64,000 nucleotides of DNA from contig CAXXMB010000002.1 of assembly GCA_963668675.2 (NCBI GenBank), forward strand, positions 2,912,001-2,976,000, given 5' to 3'. Positions 1-9,280 of the stretch are shown piece by piece; the stretch's first letter is position 1, and the number at the start of each line of letters is the position of its first letter. The notes beneath the pieces are model-generated. The model ran no database searches. It had not been told where the DNA came from and saw nothing but the letters and a program-made list of their open reading frames with translations. The stretch is from an uncultured Desulfatitalea sp. (GTDB lineage: Bacteria > Desulfobacterota > Desulfobacteria > Desulfobacterales > Desulfosarcinaceae). The translations under genes and the position numbers were made by a program.

Positions 1-1
1 G

Positions 2-154
2 GCCAAAGTGGCCCTGGCACAGATGATGCCCTTTCCCAAGCGGCTGGGCAAACCCCATGAGTTCGCCATGCTGGTTGAACAGATTGTGGAAAATCCAATG
101 CTGAACGGAGAAACCATTCGATTGGATGCTGCTGTGCGTCTGGCTGCCAAGTAA
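2..154 (+). CDS. C-terminal fragment of an SDR-family 3-hydroxyacyl-CoA dehydrogenase (HSD10-like); 5' end outside window
   Basis: Manual translation ...[45 protein letters not shown], a typical HSD10-type SDR C-terminus. Confidence 0.8.
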   Translation, partial: AKVALAQMMPFPKRLGKPHEFAMLVEQIVENPMLNGETIRLDAAVRLAAK

Positions 155-296
155 AGAAAATGAAATGAAAAGAGAAATGATCGATCCCATAATCGATCCC
201 ATATATATGATAGGATCCCACACCACACCGTTTTAAAAAATGGCTGGACAAATCCGGCAAAGATCTGGCTCGCGACGTGCTGTTAGGTGCAGTCAA

Positions 297-1181
297 AGAC
301 ACTGGACGATTCTCATGAACTTTTTGCCAACTGACCTTGATTTGCAACGGTTGAACCGGAAAACGTATTCATCCATCGACCTTGGAAAGTGCCGCGGATC
401 AGTCGTTTGACCAAAGAGGCAATCAAATGGACACCATAGAGGCCAGATTCAGGGGCCTTCTGAGGGGCAGGCCCGACCTGATTATGATGGTATTCCTGGT
501 TCAGCGCAGGACGATGGCTATTGAGTTCATTTGTGACGGCCGTGCTGCCGGTTTCAATGTTGTGATTGATAAAAGTTTCCAGTGAATAGGCTGAAAAGTC
601 CAGGGCAACCTGCAAACGAACACGGCCAATTTGCCAATAATGATTAGCGGTCTCGGTATCTTCAACAGTGTCTCTCTCTATAGCAACCAAGACGATTGTT
701 TTGCCCTCAGCACCACGGTTTCTTTTGCCAGATTTTTGGCCGCCGATGAAAAATTCATCCACTTCAACGCGCCCGGATAGTTTATTACGCCCTGGCGTAT
801 GGTGCATCGTCTGAGTTTTTGCAGCCAGGTCCATGCTGTTCCATAGCTGCCAAAGCCTAATAGTTCTTTGAGATTTGTAGCATTGATCCCGGATTTTCGT
901 GTGGTAAACCACCACATGGCATTTGACAAATAGGTAATTGGACTTTTTGTACTGTCCATAATGGTACCAGCAGTCAATGAATGTGTATGTTCACACTGGG
1001 TGCAGATATAAAGATTGCGTGCGCTGACCCAGTATTTAGTGTGACCGCATTTTTTGCAGGTAAATCCGTCGGGCCACTTTTGATCAAACAGATACTGGTA
1101 ACATGCTTTAGGATCAGAAAAACGGTGATCGAACTCAATCTCATTTTTAGGAAAATCTTCGGTAATCGTAAACTTTGTCAT
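297..1181 (-). pseudogene. IS1595-family (ISXO2-like) transposase, frameshifted and internally deleted
   Basis: N-terminal Zn ribbon (KWPDGFTCKKC...CTQC...SLTAGT) in the 678..1241 frame; DDE part (SGRVEVDEFFIGG) in the 313..915 frame, with a frameshift near 790; C-terminal DEYVFRFNR motif in another frame after GTFQGR; terminal IRs not identified. Confidence 0.85.
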
Positions 1182-1287
1182 AACGGCCTCCTTTGTTGTT
1201 TTGAGGCTATTATAACAGCGGCGTGTGACAGATCCGGTCACACCTTAACGCAAACTTAAGTTTAATAGAGAACCGGGTAAGGAAAAA

Positions 1288-1926
1288 ATGGGCATCAAAG
1301 ATCGCAGGCAAAGAGAAAAGGAACAACGGCGACAACAGATCCTCGTGGCTGCCAGAAAGGTCTTTCGTGAAAAAAGTTTCAACAAAGCGACGATAGAAGA
1401 TGTCGCCAAAGAGGCCGAACTGGGTTACAGCACGTTGTTCATCTATTTCAAGAACAAGGAAGAGCTTTACGCCGCGCTTTCCTTGAGAATCCTTTATTAT
1501 ATGAATATGCGCATCTCCCATGTTATGAATCAAAGCGATTTGAGTACGATGCAAAAACTTGACGCGCTGAAAGATGTCCTGTTCGATGTATATAATTATG
1601 ACCCTTTGGTTACCATAAACATGTATCACCTGCAGTCCAGCCAGACGCTGAAAAATCTCTCAGAGGATTTGCTCGATGAAATAAAAAATTTGGTGCGTTA
1701 CTCAAATACGGTCATTGCCAAAATCTTCGAGGAGGGCATCGACGCTGGCCTGTTTATCAAGAAGAATCCCGTCGCACTGGCCGATATCTTCGGGTCTCTT
1801 TTTTCCGGTATCGTCTTATGGGAGACGAGTAAAAGCACTTTGGATGATAAAAAAAACCATTTGAAATCGACGCTTGGAATCGCTTATGAAATTTTCAACC
1901 GGGGCATATTAGCGCAGCAATCCTGA
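1288..1926 (+). CDS. TetR/AcrR family transcriptional regulator
   Basis: N-terminal HTH: RRQQILVAARKVFREKSFNKATIEDVAKEAELGYSTLFIYFKNKEEL. Confidence 0.9.
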   Translation: MGIKDRRQREKEQRRQQILVAARKVFREKSFNKATIEDVAKEAELGYSTLFIYFKNKEELYAALSLRILYYMNMRISHVMNQSDLSTMQKLDALKDVLFDVYNYDPLVTINMYHLQSSQTLKNLSEDLLDEIKNLVRYSNTVIAKIFEEGIDAGLFIKKNPVALADIFGSLFSGIVLWETSKSTLDDKKNHLKSTLGIAYEIFNRGILAQQS

Positions 1927-2124
1927 ACTGTTAGACCAGAAACAATCATTCCGGGATATATTTGATTATAGCCAGGGGAGAGCTGGTGGGACCACAGCTT
2001 GTCATTTTCTCTTTTTGACGGCAGCGCTCAATTATTCATCAATCTCGGAAATTTTAAATATATTCAAAGAATGTGGCCCAGCATCCCTTCCAAGCCTACC
2101 GGGCCCTATCCCTTCAATCCCTTC

Positions 2125-3054
2125 TCAGTTCAACATCCCCAATATATTCCCGCCAACCCGACTCAACCGAAAACTCGACTCCGCCGGCAATACCTCCATC
2201 TGGGCAGCCCTGGTATACGTGTTGACCACATGAAACATGGTCTCGCCCGCTTCCTGCGGCCAGGCCCATTCCACAGCATCCTTCTCACCGCCATTTAAAC
2301 CAAACTGACGATTGAAACTTGCCAGAGTCGCTGTGGGATCATCAACAGCCGATTCCATAGACAACTTGAACTGTGCTCTCTGAGCGCCCAATTCCAATGA
2401 CACCTTGTCCATCACATTCGGGAACTCACTCAAGATCTTGGTGCTCACATGCCGATATGACGCCGACACATCCGATTTTGCCACCAGACCATTCGTACAA
2501 ACCAAACGCAAAACGAAAGCCGCAATGGAAAGTGACGCCAGACCCACTTCAGAATTGGATATCGATATACCTGGTTTGAACTTATCACCGTTGATGTCGA
2601 ACGCCTTGGCACCATCAGGGATACTCAATGACATGAACTCCGGATCAAGATGACACTGGACTTGAGTCTCAGGTTTATATCCCAGAGCATCCAACCGTTC
2701 CATCACCTCGAAGTTGTCCACGGGAATATACTTGGTCGTAAACACCGCCCTAACCGCATAACCATCGAACCGGAACAGCAGGTGATCATTTTTCTCATGC
2801 TTGATCCAGTGGTTCAAATTCAGCGCCTGCACATCGGGAGGACACCTGGTCAAATAGGGATAAGGGATCCCAAGACGATTGGATATGGAACGCTGAGCTA
2901 CAGGTTTGACCGGATGGGGTTCACCTGCAATGAGCACAGTCTCCAGGTTATCGAAAGATATGTCAGGAACGTCGATGTTCTGGTCATAACAGGCCGATGA
3001 CAGCTCATCTACACGATCGAACACTTTTCCAAGGGTAGTCAAATTTGGTTTCAT
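2125..3054 (-). CDS. DUF932-like protein of mobile elements
   Basis: Motifs GISISNSEVGLASLSI, RLVCTNGLV, TMFHVVNTYT; start placed at ATG 3054 behind a GGAG SD. Confidence 0.75.
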   Translation of the reverse strand: MKPNLTTLGKVFDRVDELSSACYDQNIDVPDISFDNLETVLIAGEPHPVKPVAQRSISNRLGIPYPYLTRCPPDVQALNLNHWIKHEKNDHLLFRFDGYAVRAVFTTKYIPVDNFEVMERLDALGYKPETQVQCHLDPEFMSLSIPDGAKAFDINGDKFKPGISISNSEVGLASLSIAAFVLRLVCTNGLVAKSDVSASYRHVSTKILSEFPNVMDKVSLELGAQRAQFKLSMESAVDDPTATLASFNRQFGLNGGEKDAVEWAWPQEAGETMFHVVNTYTRAAQMEVLPAESSFRLSRVGGNILGMLN

Positions 3055-3076
3055 ACGATTCTCCATTCAGGTTGAG

Positions 3077-3174
3077 TTCCGGAAAGATGCACCTTTCACC
3101 ACATGGCACACTATATTTTCCCTGACGACTCTACAGGGTGCATACCCATGCCAGCGGACGGGCGGCTTCCGGAA
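3077..3174 (-). promoter_or_regulatory. Structured leader (possible pseudoknot or alternative stems) immediately upstream of the DUF932 RBS
   Basis: TTCCGGAA at 3077 and 3167; ATGCACC 3087 / GGTGCAT 3137; TGGCAC 3104 / ATGCCA 3148 interleaved; CCCTG/CAGGG hairpin. Confidence 0.4.
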
Positions 3175-3216
3175 TTTAGTTTCAATTATTGATTACACGG
3201 CGATCGAAGAGAGATT

Positions 3217-3366
3217 TTAACGGGGCAGGACTTTGACCGGTGAGTTATTTGAAGTGGGGTTCGGTTTGGTTTTTTCAGGCCGGAGACGGCTGATTTTATC
3301 GCTGCATTTGCTCGATTGCTTATCGTCTACTGCTTTTTTCTTAAATGCCCGAAACGGATAGGCCAT
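3217..3366 (-). CDS. Small basic hypothetical protein (49 aa), not in the ORF track
   Basis: AAGGAGG SD, then MAYPFRAFKKKAVDDKQSSKCSDKISRLRPEKTKPNPTSNNSPVKVLPR*; starts 3 nt after the upstream stop. Confidence 0.5.
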   Translation of the reverse strand: MAYPFRAFKKKAVDDKQSSKCSDKISRLRPEKTKPNPTSNNSPVKVLPR

Positions 3367-3369
3367 TTG

Positions 3370-3864
3370 TTAACCTCCTTTCTCATTGTCGTCAGGCAGG
3401 CACGGGCTACCCAGATCGAACAGGGCAATGGTCACCGGCATGGAAATGGTCGGATAGAGCATCTCGATCTCCGTTTTGACCAGATCGTTAGTTGTGCCCA
3501 GTTGCGACTTTTTGCTGCGTTGCCCCGTGAGCATCAAGACACCGGTATCGATTCTGCTCTGATCAAATCCCACCTGGAGACGAAACAGCCCTTCCAGGAT
3601 GTACTCGTAGCTTGCAAAATTGCCTTCGATGGCCACCTGCTTTTTCAAGCCCTTATACAGATAGCGCCGGCCTTTAAGGATCTGCCGGTTGGCGTCACAC
3701 CAGCCCATCTCATTTAAGGCAAAGCCGCTCAATTCCTTTTTGTACAAGGCTCCGTACAGACACTGCTCCAGATAGTGCATGGTCTGCATCACATCATCTT
3801 TCAGGTGTTTGGAGTGTAAAATACGATCAGCGTCTCTGAAATGCATCACTTCAACCGGCATCAC
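3370..3864 (-). CDS. BglII/BstYI-like restriction-endonuclease-fold protein, degenerate active site (paralog A)
   Basis: LNEMGW...YKGLKKQVAIEGNF...IDTGVLML...PVTIALFD pattern; clear paralog of 3960..4460. Confidence 0.55.
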   Translation of the reverse strand: MMPVEVMHFRDADRILHSKHLKDDVMQTMHYLEQCLYGALYKKELSGFALNEMGWCDANRQILKGRRYLYKGLKKQVAIEGNFASYEYILEGLFRLQVGFDQSRIDTGVLMLTGQRSKKSQLGTTNDLVKTEIEMLYPTISMPVTIALFDLGSPCLPDDNEKGG

Positions 3865-3959
3865 AGCCTCCTTACAGTCGGTTTAATGGTTACAGTTATG
3901 GGTGGGAGAATGGAAGAGATCCGGTGATGAGGACGGGTTAAGCGGTTAATGAGATCGAT

Positions 3960-4460
3960 CTACAAGATGGTGGGAGTTTGAAGACCGTTTCTGATGAAAG
4001 GATCGTTCAAATCGTACAGGCAGATGCTTACCGGCATGGATAGGATCGGCTCCATGGCACCCATGTCCTTTTCGATCAACTCTTTCATGTCGGTGTCCTT
4101 GCAGATCCGGCTGCCCTGGGTCGAGAGCATCAAAATGCCCGCATCGATTTGCCCCTTGTCGTAACCGAGCTGCAGGGTCATCAGTCCTTCGACGATATAA
4201 TCGTAGGTGTCCAGACCGGCCTCGATGGCAACGCCGTGCTTGTATCCCAAGAAACGATAACTGCGCCCGGCAATGATATTCCAGACCGGTCCTTTGTGCC
4301 AGCCCATCTCATTAAGGGCGGCCCTGAGCAGATCATTGCGCCTGAAAACGCCATTTAAGCTGTTTAAGACATGGTTCACCGTCATGGTCACATCGGAGGC
4401 CATGGCCTTTTGCTCGAAAACCTTGTGCGCCTCTCGAAAATGAAACAGATGATACATCAT
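3960..4460 (-). CDS. BglII/BstYI-like restriction-endonuclease-fold protein, degenerate active site (paralog B)
   Basis: LNEMGW...FLGYKHGVAIEAGL...IDAGILML...PVSICLYD; shares HFR(D/E)A and ALNEMGW with paralog A. Confidence 0.55.
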   Translation of the reverse strand: MMYHLFHFREAHKVFEQKAMASDVTMTVNHVLNSLNGVFRRNDLLRAALNEMGWHKGPVWNIIAGRSYRFLGYKHGVAIEAGLDTYDYIVEGLMTLQLGYDKGQIDAGILMLSTQGSRICKDTDMKELIEKDMGAMEPILSMPVSICLYDLNDPFIRNGLQTPTIL

Positions 4461-4540
4461 AACATTTGATCTCCTTTACTTTTTTGTTCGAATGTTTCGG
4501 GCAAATTACGCTGAAGGGCTTCGGGGAAGGTTTATCGTTT

Positions 4541-6382
4541 TTACTTCTTTCCTAAAATCTCATCTAAAAAGATTGACTTGTTGGTGGGTTGTCCCAGATA
4601 GTTCAAGGGGTATGACAGAAACAACAGCTGCATTGCTCGTGAGATAGCTACAAAACAGATCCGGCGCTCTTCTTCCATGTTTCCCTTCTTGCTGGGCATC
4701 AATCCTTCGACCAGACCGATTACAAACACTGCCGGAAACTCCAACCCCTTTGCCTTGTGCACCGTCATCAAGCTCACGCCCTCTTTATCGTCGGCAGCGG
4801 CTTGATCCTGAAAACTGTCCGTATATTCAAGAAAGGCACCAATGCTTGAATATCTTGAAGCGGCCAACTGGAGTTGATTAATGTTGGAGATCTTCACATC
4901 ATCGGGACTGGGGATATCCTCATCCACGATAAATCGATCGTAGTCCAGGCTGGTACGGATATTCTGAATGACCTCGGCCGGCTCAAGCGATTCAACATCC
5001 TCCATCAATGAATCCATATACGAAGTGAACACCTTGATGTTATTACGAACGAAGGGCAATTCGACGATCATGGATTTTATCCCCTCAAAATGATGAATGC
5101 CCCTTTGTCTGCAATAGTCTTTGAGCTGATCCTTGATCTTGTTGCTGACATAGCGCACCGGCACATTGAGGATATTGAGCAGTGCTTCATCGGCCTCATC
5201 GCTGTCAGGGGCATGGATCACCCGCATATAATCCAGCAGGCACCTGACCTCGAATCGATCATAAAAGGTCCGTCCGTTTTGGATATGATAGGGGATCTTG
5301 TTCTGCAAAAAGGCCTCTTCCACATACCGGGATTGAAAGTTGGCCCGATATAACACGGCAATATCACTGAACTCGTAGCCCTTTCGTTCCACCAGATCGA
5401 CAATCTCGTTGACGATCCCCGATGCCTCGCTCTCTTCATTGGAGGATTCTAAAACAATGATGTCATCCCCGTCAGGATTGTCGGTCTTAAGCTCTTTGTG
5501 GATCTGTTTGACATTGTGATGGATCAGGTTCTGGCAGGCCCGAAGGATCTGGGGCGTGGATCGATAGTTGAGATCGAGGATGAACTGCTTTGCCTCGGGA
5601 AACACAGATTGAAAGTTTAAGATGTTGCCAACGGATGCTCCCGTAAATGAATAGATCGCCTGAGAATCATCACCAGTCACCCAGAAGCTCGATCGAATGC
5701 TCTCACGGATCAGCAGTTTCATAATCTCAAACTGAACCGGGTTGGTATCTTGAAACTCATCGACCAAGATGCTGGTAAAGGTTTGCTGGTATCTGGACCT
5801 CACCTCATCATTGTCCCGAAGCAGATAATAGGTCTCAAGCAGGATGTCATCGAAATCGAGCAACAGTTTCTTTTGCTTTTTGTCATCGTAGGCTTGATAG
5901 ACGGCTGCAATCTTTTGCATGGTCGCATCGCCTTCGAACAGCACCTTAAACTCTGCCGGATCGATGATGTTGTTTTTGGCCAATGAGATTTCTCGAAGAA
6001 CGGTTCCCACGGTCAAGTCCTTTACCTTAAGTGATTGCATCACTTTTTTCATGAACACCATTTGCTCTTTACCAGACAAGATCTCAAACACCCTGCCCTC
6101 GCATCCCAGAAGCAGATGACAAAAGGAATGGATGGTCGAGAGCTTAACCCGTGAAGAAAGTTCACCCAAAACGGATACCAGTCGCGTTCTCATTTGATCA
6201 GATGCGTTCCTGGTAAAAGTAAGTCCCAGGATGTTTTCCGGGGCAATGCCATGCTCTGTGACCAATATGCCGATACGCTCCATCATGGTTTTGGTCTTGC
6301 CGGATCCAGGCACGGCTATCACAACGGCAATGCCATCTTTAAACGCTGCTGCTTCACGCTGTTTGCGATTCATGTCGTTCAT
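4541..6382 (-). CDS. UvrD/PcrA/Rep-family SF1 helicase
   Basis: AVPGSGKT, LVDEFQDTN, GDDSQAIYSF, NYRST, MTVHKAKGLEF, EERRICFVAISRA. Confidence 0.92.
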   Translation of the reverse strand: MNDMNRKQREAAAFKDGIAVVIAVPGSGKTKTMMERIGILVTEHGIAPENILGLTFTRNASDQMRTRLVSVLGELSSRVKLSTIHSFCHLLLGCEGRVFEILSGKEQMVFMKKVMQSLKVKDLTVGTVLREISLAKNNIIDPAEFKVLFEGDATMQKIAAVYQAYDDKKQKKLLLDFDDILLETYYLLRDNDEVRSRYQQTFTSILVDEFQDTNPVQFEIMKLLIRESIRSSFWVTGDDSQAIYSFTGASVGNILNFQSVFPEAKQFILDLNYRSTPQILRACQNLIHHNVKQIHKELKTDNPDGDDIIVLESSNEESEASGIVNEIVDLVERKGYEFSDIAVLYRANFQSRYVEEAFLQNKIPYHIQNGRTFYDRFEVRCLLDYMRVIHAPDSDEADEALLNILNVPVRYVSNKIKDQLKDYCRQRGIHHFEGIKSMIVELPFVRNNIKVFTSYMDSLMEDVESLEPAEVIQNIRTSLDYDRFIVDEDIPSPDDVKISNINQLQLAASRYSSIGAFLEYTDSFQDQAAADDKEGVSLMTVHKAKGLEFPAVFVIGLVEGLMPSKKGNMEEERRICFVAISRAMQLLFLSYPLNYLGQPTNKSIFLDEILGKK

Positions 6383-6669
6383 GCGGCCCGATCCTCCTTT
6401 TCAAGGTTGCGGATGGTGTTGATGGCCATCTTGATCCTGAACCGTTTGGCCACCAACTCGTTGATCTGGGAACTGGTCTTGTCCTCTTTGATGAGTTTGG
6501 ACAGGGCCTTTCCGTAATCCTTGTGAAGCTCTTGCAGAAAGGTGATGACCGCATCGGGAGGATGTCGTCTCAATAGCAACTCTACGTTGACGATCTGATA
6601 GATCCGATCACCATCCGACTGCATGAAGGTCAAAAACTCCTGAACGTTATTGATTGCTCGCTTGGTCAT
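6379..6669 (-). CDS. Hypothetical helical protein (96 aa)
   Basis: ATG 6669 with GGAG SD; overlaps both neighbours, consistent with translational coupling. Confidence 0.7.
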   Translation of the reverse strand: MTKRAINNVQEFLTFMQSDGDRIYQIVNVELLLRRHPPDAVITFLQELHKDYGKALSKLIKEDKTSSQINELVAKRFRIKMAINTIRNLEKEDRAA

Positions 6670-7474
6670 ACTCTTCTCCTTCCAGATAGGCGTCACAGGC
6701 CTGTTTGTGGGCGCACCCTTTGCACTTCCAGCTGGTATCGTTGGGTACGAACACTTCTTTTGAGATACCATCCCACACCTGTCTGGCCTTTTTAATCAGG
6801 CGCCTTTCGTCCAATTCTGTTCGCGTGGTCCAGTATTGTTCGCATTTTGGGGTCTTTGTCTTGATGAGGGTATCGAAGCGCAACAGGATTTCCCGGTCAG
6901 CATATCCATTTTGCTTAGCAGCGATTTGATACATGGTCAGCTGCTGGTTCTGGTCCACTTCGTCTTTTGAATAGGCCCGACCCGATGTCTTGAAGTCGGT
7001 AATGATCAGGGTGCCAGCGGAGTCCTCTTCAACCAGGTCCATGGCTCCGATGATTGGAATATCGATACCCGGCAGATTGAAACTAAATGCTTCCTCAATG
7101 GCAAGGATGGTAAAATCGTCATCGGGCAGTTTACTGTACCATGCGGAAAGAAGGTCTTTTCCATACATCAGGTAGGAGTTGTAATCCTTGCCGTCGGCAT
7201 ATTTGATATCGGTGCGACCTTTGGCTATTTCCAACCATTTGAAAACGAAGAATTCATGAACATCTTTCAACAACATCCGATCGCCGATCATCCTGGCGCT
7301 GTAAAACTCTTCAAGTACCCGATGAATGCAGGTGCCAAACTCCAAGGCATCTGACTTGAACTCCATTGGCAGTTTGTCGATCCTGCCGAACCTATACAGC
7401 AATGAGCACTCCACGTATTCGTTTATGGAAGATGCCGACAGGTGGGGCGTTTGCCGCAATTCACTTAAAACCAT
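6647..7474 (-). CDS. PD-(D/E)XK nuclease, RecB/AddB/Cas4-like, with putative Fe-S cysteines
   Basis: HLSASSINEYVEC; FGTCIHRVLE; GAMDLV...ITDFKT; QLTMY; C-terminal CKGCAHKQAC. Confidence 0.88.
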   Translation of the reverse strand: MVLSELRQTPHLSASSINEYVECSLLYRFGRIDKLPMEFKSDALEFGTCIHRVLEEFYSARMIGDRMLLKDVHEFFVFKWLEIAKGRTDIKYADGKDYNSYLMYGKDLLSAWYSKLPDDDFTILAIEEAFSFNLPGIDIPIIGAMDLVEEDSAGTLIITDFKTSGRAYSKDEVDQNQQLTMYQIAAKQNGYADREILLRFDTLIKTKTPKCEQYWTTRTELDERRLIKKARQVWDGISKEVFVPNDTSWKCKGCAHKQACDAYLEGEEYDQASNQ

Positions 7475-7534
7475 TTTAAGTCACCTCCATTAGGTTGATC
7501 CTAAAGCCGCTGTATCTGGCGTATTTCTAAAATG

Positions 7535-7586
7535 AAAGGCGACAGGATCTTGTCCGATAAGGAGTCACAAAATCCTATCGCCCTTT
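7535..7586 (-). terminator. Intrinsic terminator-like hairpin closing the putative ncRNA
   Basis: Minus strand GGGCGAUAGGAUUUUGU / ACAAGAUCCUGUCGCCU, 17 consecutive pairs including 3 G-U, followed by UUCAUUUU. Confidence 0.65.
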
Positions 7587-7595
7587 TGAGGGTAT

Positions 7596-7846
7596 AGTTT
7601 GATTCTCAATCCCAAAATCACACATGATCAGGCCCATCGTTGTATTTGCCAGATGCGAACCAGAACATAGAAGATGGATTTTCAACCATTTCATGGCTGC
7701 AAGATGCCAACTCGCTGCCCGGTTTTAATCCGATTGTGACCGAGGTAATCTTCGAGAACGGTTCTGGTGAAGGGAATCAATCCAGCTTCATTCTCTGGTT
7801 TGCCCGGATTTATTCTGGGGATTTACGGAATGATGAGAATCAAACT
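7596..7846 (-). ncRNA. Candidate structured non-coding RNA (~250 nt)
   Basis: Perfect 13-bp closing stem (7596-7608/7834-7846); nested ACCAGAAC/GTTCTGGT and GAAGAT/ATCTTC stems; three inner hairpins; G-U wobbles on the minus strand; no SD-backed ORF on the operon strand. Confidence 0.55.
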
Positions 7847-7869
7847 GACAACCGTTCGAGATTCGATCT

Positions 7870-8844
7870 TTATGCCGCTTGCTGCAGATTGCGGATAAAC
7901 GACGATGCATCCTTGGTTGTCAGGTTGGCAAGTTCCACACCGTAAGATTCTTCGACCATGGATTCAATCTCATCCACACTGATGCCGCGTCGACGGGAAA
8001 GATTGAAGATTGCACGTTTTTGAGCTTCCGACATTTTAGGTTGCCCGGTTTGATCCGGTTGCTCTTTAGGTTCGGTTTCAGGTTTCTTATCCAGGGACTC
8101 TTTGGCGTCCGGTTGCTTCGTTTGTGTCGCCTTCTCCGTCGTTTTCTTTTTGGGTGCCTTTTGTGTTGATTTCCCGGTAGCTTTAGGTTGGGTCTTAGGT
8201 GCCTTTTTGCCATCGGGTGTACCGATCACTTCATCAAAGTCGGCCAGTTCCTCAACGGTGCAAATGCCGATATTGCACATGTCCCTCAAGCATCTTGCTT
8301 TTGCTCTGGTCGATGACATACGAATCAAATGCTTTGCGATCATGGAGGCACAGTTGCTGGGATTGGCATCTCCGATATCAGAAAACACATCACCGCTTTT
8401 ACCTTCAGCCACGGCTCGACAGATCGCTTCATTCCCGTTCTCTTTCGAGGGAAATTGAATCAGCTCGACTTCGAGTTTTAAAAGTCCCCGTTGGGTTGCC
8501 AGATCCAACACGCCGGCATACAGGACGAAGTCTTTCCCTTTGATGTTGGAGATGAAACGTTCATCGAGTTTGGGTTCATGTTTTTCAAGAAAGCATGCTC
8601 CTTCGACCTGCTTTTGGGGAATGGCGTTGTATACGGCAAGGATGTGTTTGCATTTGAAGTTGGGGTCCTTCTTTACGTTCTTTGCAAAATCCCCACATGT
8701 GCAGCTATCCCCTTTATCGTCCAGGGTCACGTTGTATAATATTTTTCCCTCGCCGCTTTCGACAAAGTATTGGCCGTCTTCGCTTTGAAGGACTTTCAAC
8801 TGTTCGGATTTTTGGTTTCTCTTTTGGATTTCTTTGGCCGTCAT
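7870..8844 (-). CDS. SWIM zinc-finger protein with putative single-strand annealing (Rad52/RecT-like) domain
   Basis: CTCGDF...CKH SWIM motif; IKGKDFVLYAGVLDLA...MSSTRAKARCLRD...GICTVEEL; low-complexity linker and small helical C-terminal domain (MSEAQKRAI...ASSFI). Confidence 0.65.
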   Translation of the reverse strand: MTAKEIQKRNQKSEQLKVLQSEDGQYFVESGEGKILYNVTLDDKGDSCTCGDFAKNVKKDPNFKCKHILAVYNAIPQKQVEGACFLEKHEPKLDERFISNIKGKDFVLYAGVLDLATQRGLLKLEVELIQFPSKENGNEAICRAVAEGKSGDVFSDIGDANPSNCASMIAKHLIRMSSTRAKARCLRDMCNIGICTVEELADFDEVIGTPDGKKAPKTQPKATGKSTQKAPKKKTTEKATQTKQPDAKESLDKKPETEPKEQPDQTGQPKMSEAQKRAIFNLSRRRGISVDEIESMVEESYGVELANLTTKDASSFIRNLQQAA

Positions 8845-8900
8845 GGTTCCTCCTGTATAGTCGTTGAAATTTGGTTGCTTTGAATTAATTCGGATGGGCT

Positions 8901-9233
8901 CTATTGGTTGTCGCCGTCATCGAATCCCCTGCCGTCTGTCTTGATGAATTCGATGGAGTTTGCGATCAGTTGATATGATGTTCGGGTTGCGCCTTCGTCT
9001 GTCTCCCATTTTTGCTGATCGAGGGTTCCAATGACAGCGATACGGGCGCCTTTGTGAAGATATGTTTCTGTGATCTCTGCCAGTTTGTTAAAGCAGGTGA
9101 CTTTGATCCACCCGGTCTTTTTCTTGGATGACTTAAAGGCCATATTGAATGTGGACACCGGGTCCCCTTCTGAACCGTAGAAGACTTCGGGATCTGCACC
9201 CAGATTGCCGGATAAAATGCATGAGTTGAGCAT
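8901..9233 (-). CDS. ssb: Single-stranded DNA-binding protein (short)
   Basis: MLNSCILSGNLGADPEV...WIKVTCFNKLAE...YLHKGARIAVIGTL; acidic tail. Confidence 0.9.
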   Translation of the reverse strand: MLNSCILSGNLGADPEVFYGSEGDPVSTFNMAFKSSKKKTGWIKVTCFNKLAEITETYLHKGARIAVIGTLDQQKWETDEGATRTSYQLIANSIEFIKTDGRGFDDGDNQ

Positions 9234-9280
9234 AATGGTTTACTCCTTCATCGATAATGGTTTGGGTTTTTACGCTGGGG

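Noticed and set aside
180..220. ATCGATCCCATA tandem duplication
   Set aside because: Only two 12-bp copies; could be an IS scar or a terminator region, with no further support
678..915. Programmed frameshift producing an active IS1595 transposase
   Set aside because: IS1595 elements use a single ORF, and there is a second lesion near the C-terminus, so decay is more likely
1975..2124. Left att site of the island
   Set aside because: GCTGGTGGGACC matches the tmRNA 3' end over only ~6 nt; the short ATCCCTTC repeats nearby have no counterpart at the right end
7640..7945. 101-aa plus-strand ORF over the candidate ncRNA
   Set aside because: Antisense to the operon, TTG start without SD, overlaps the SWIM gene, no motif
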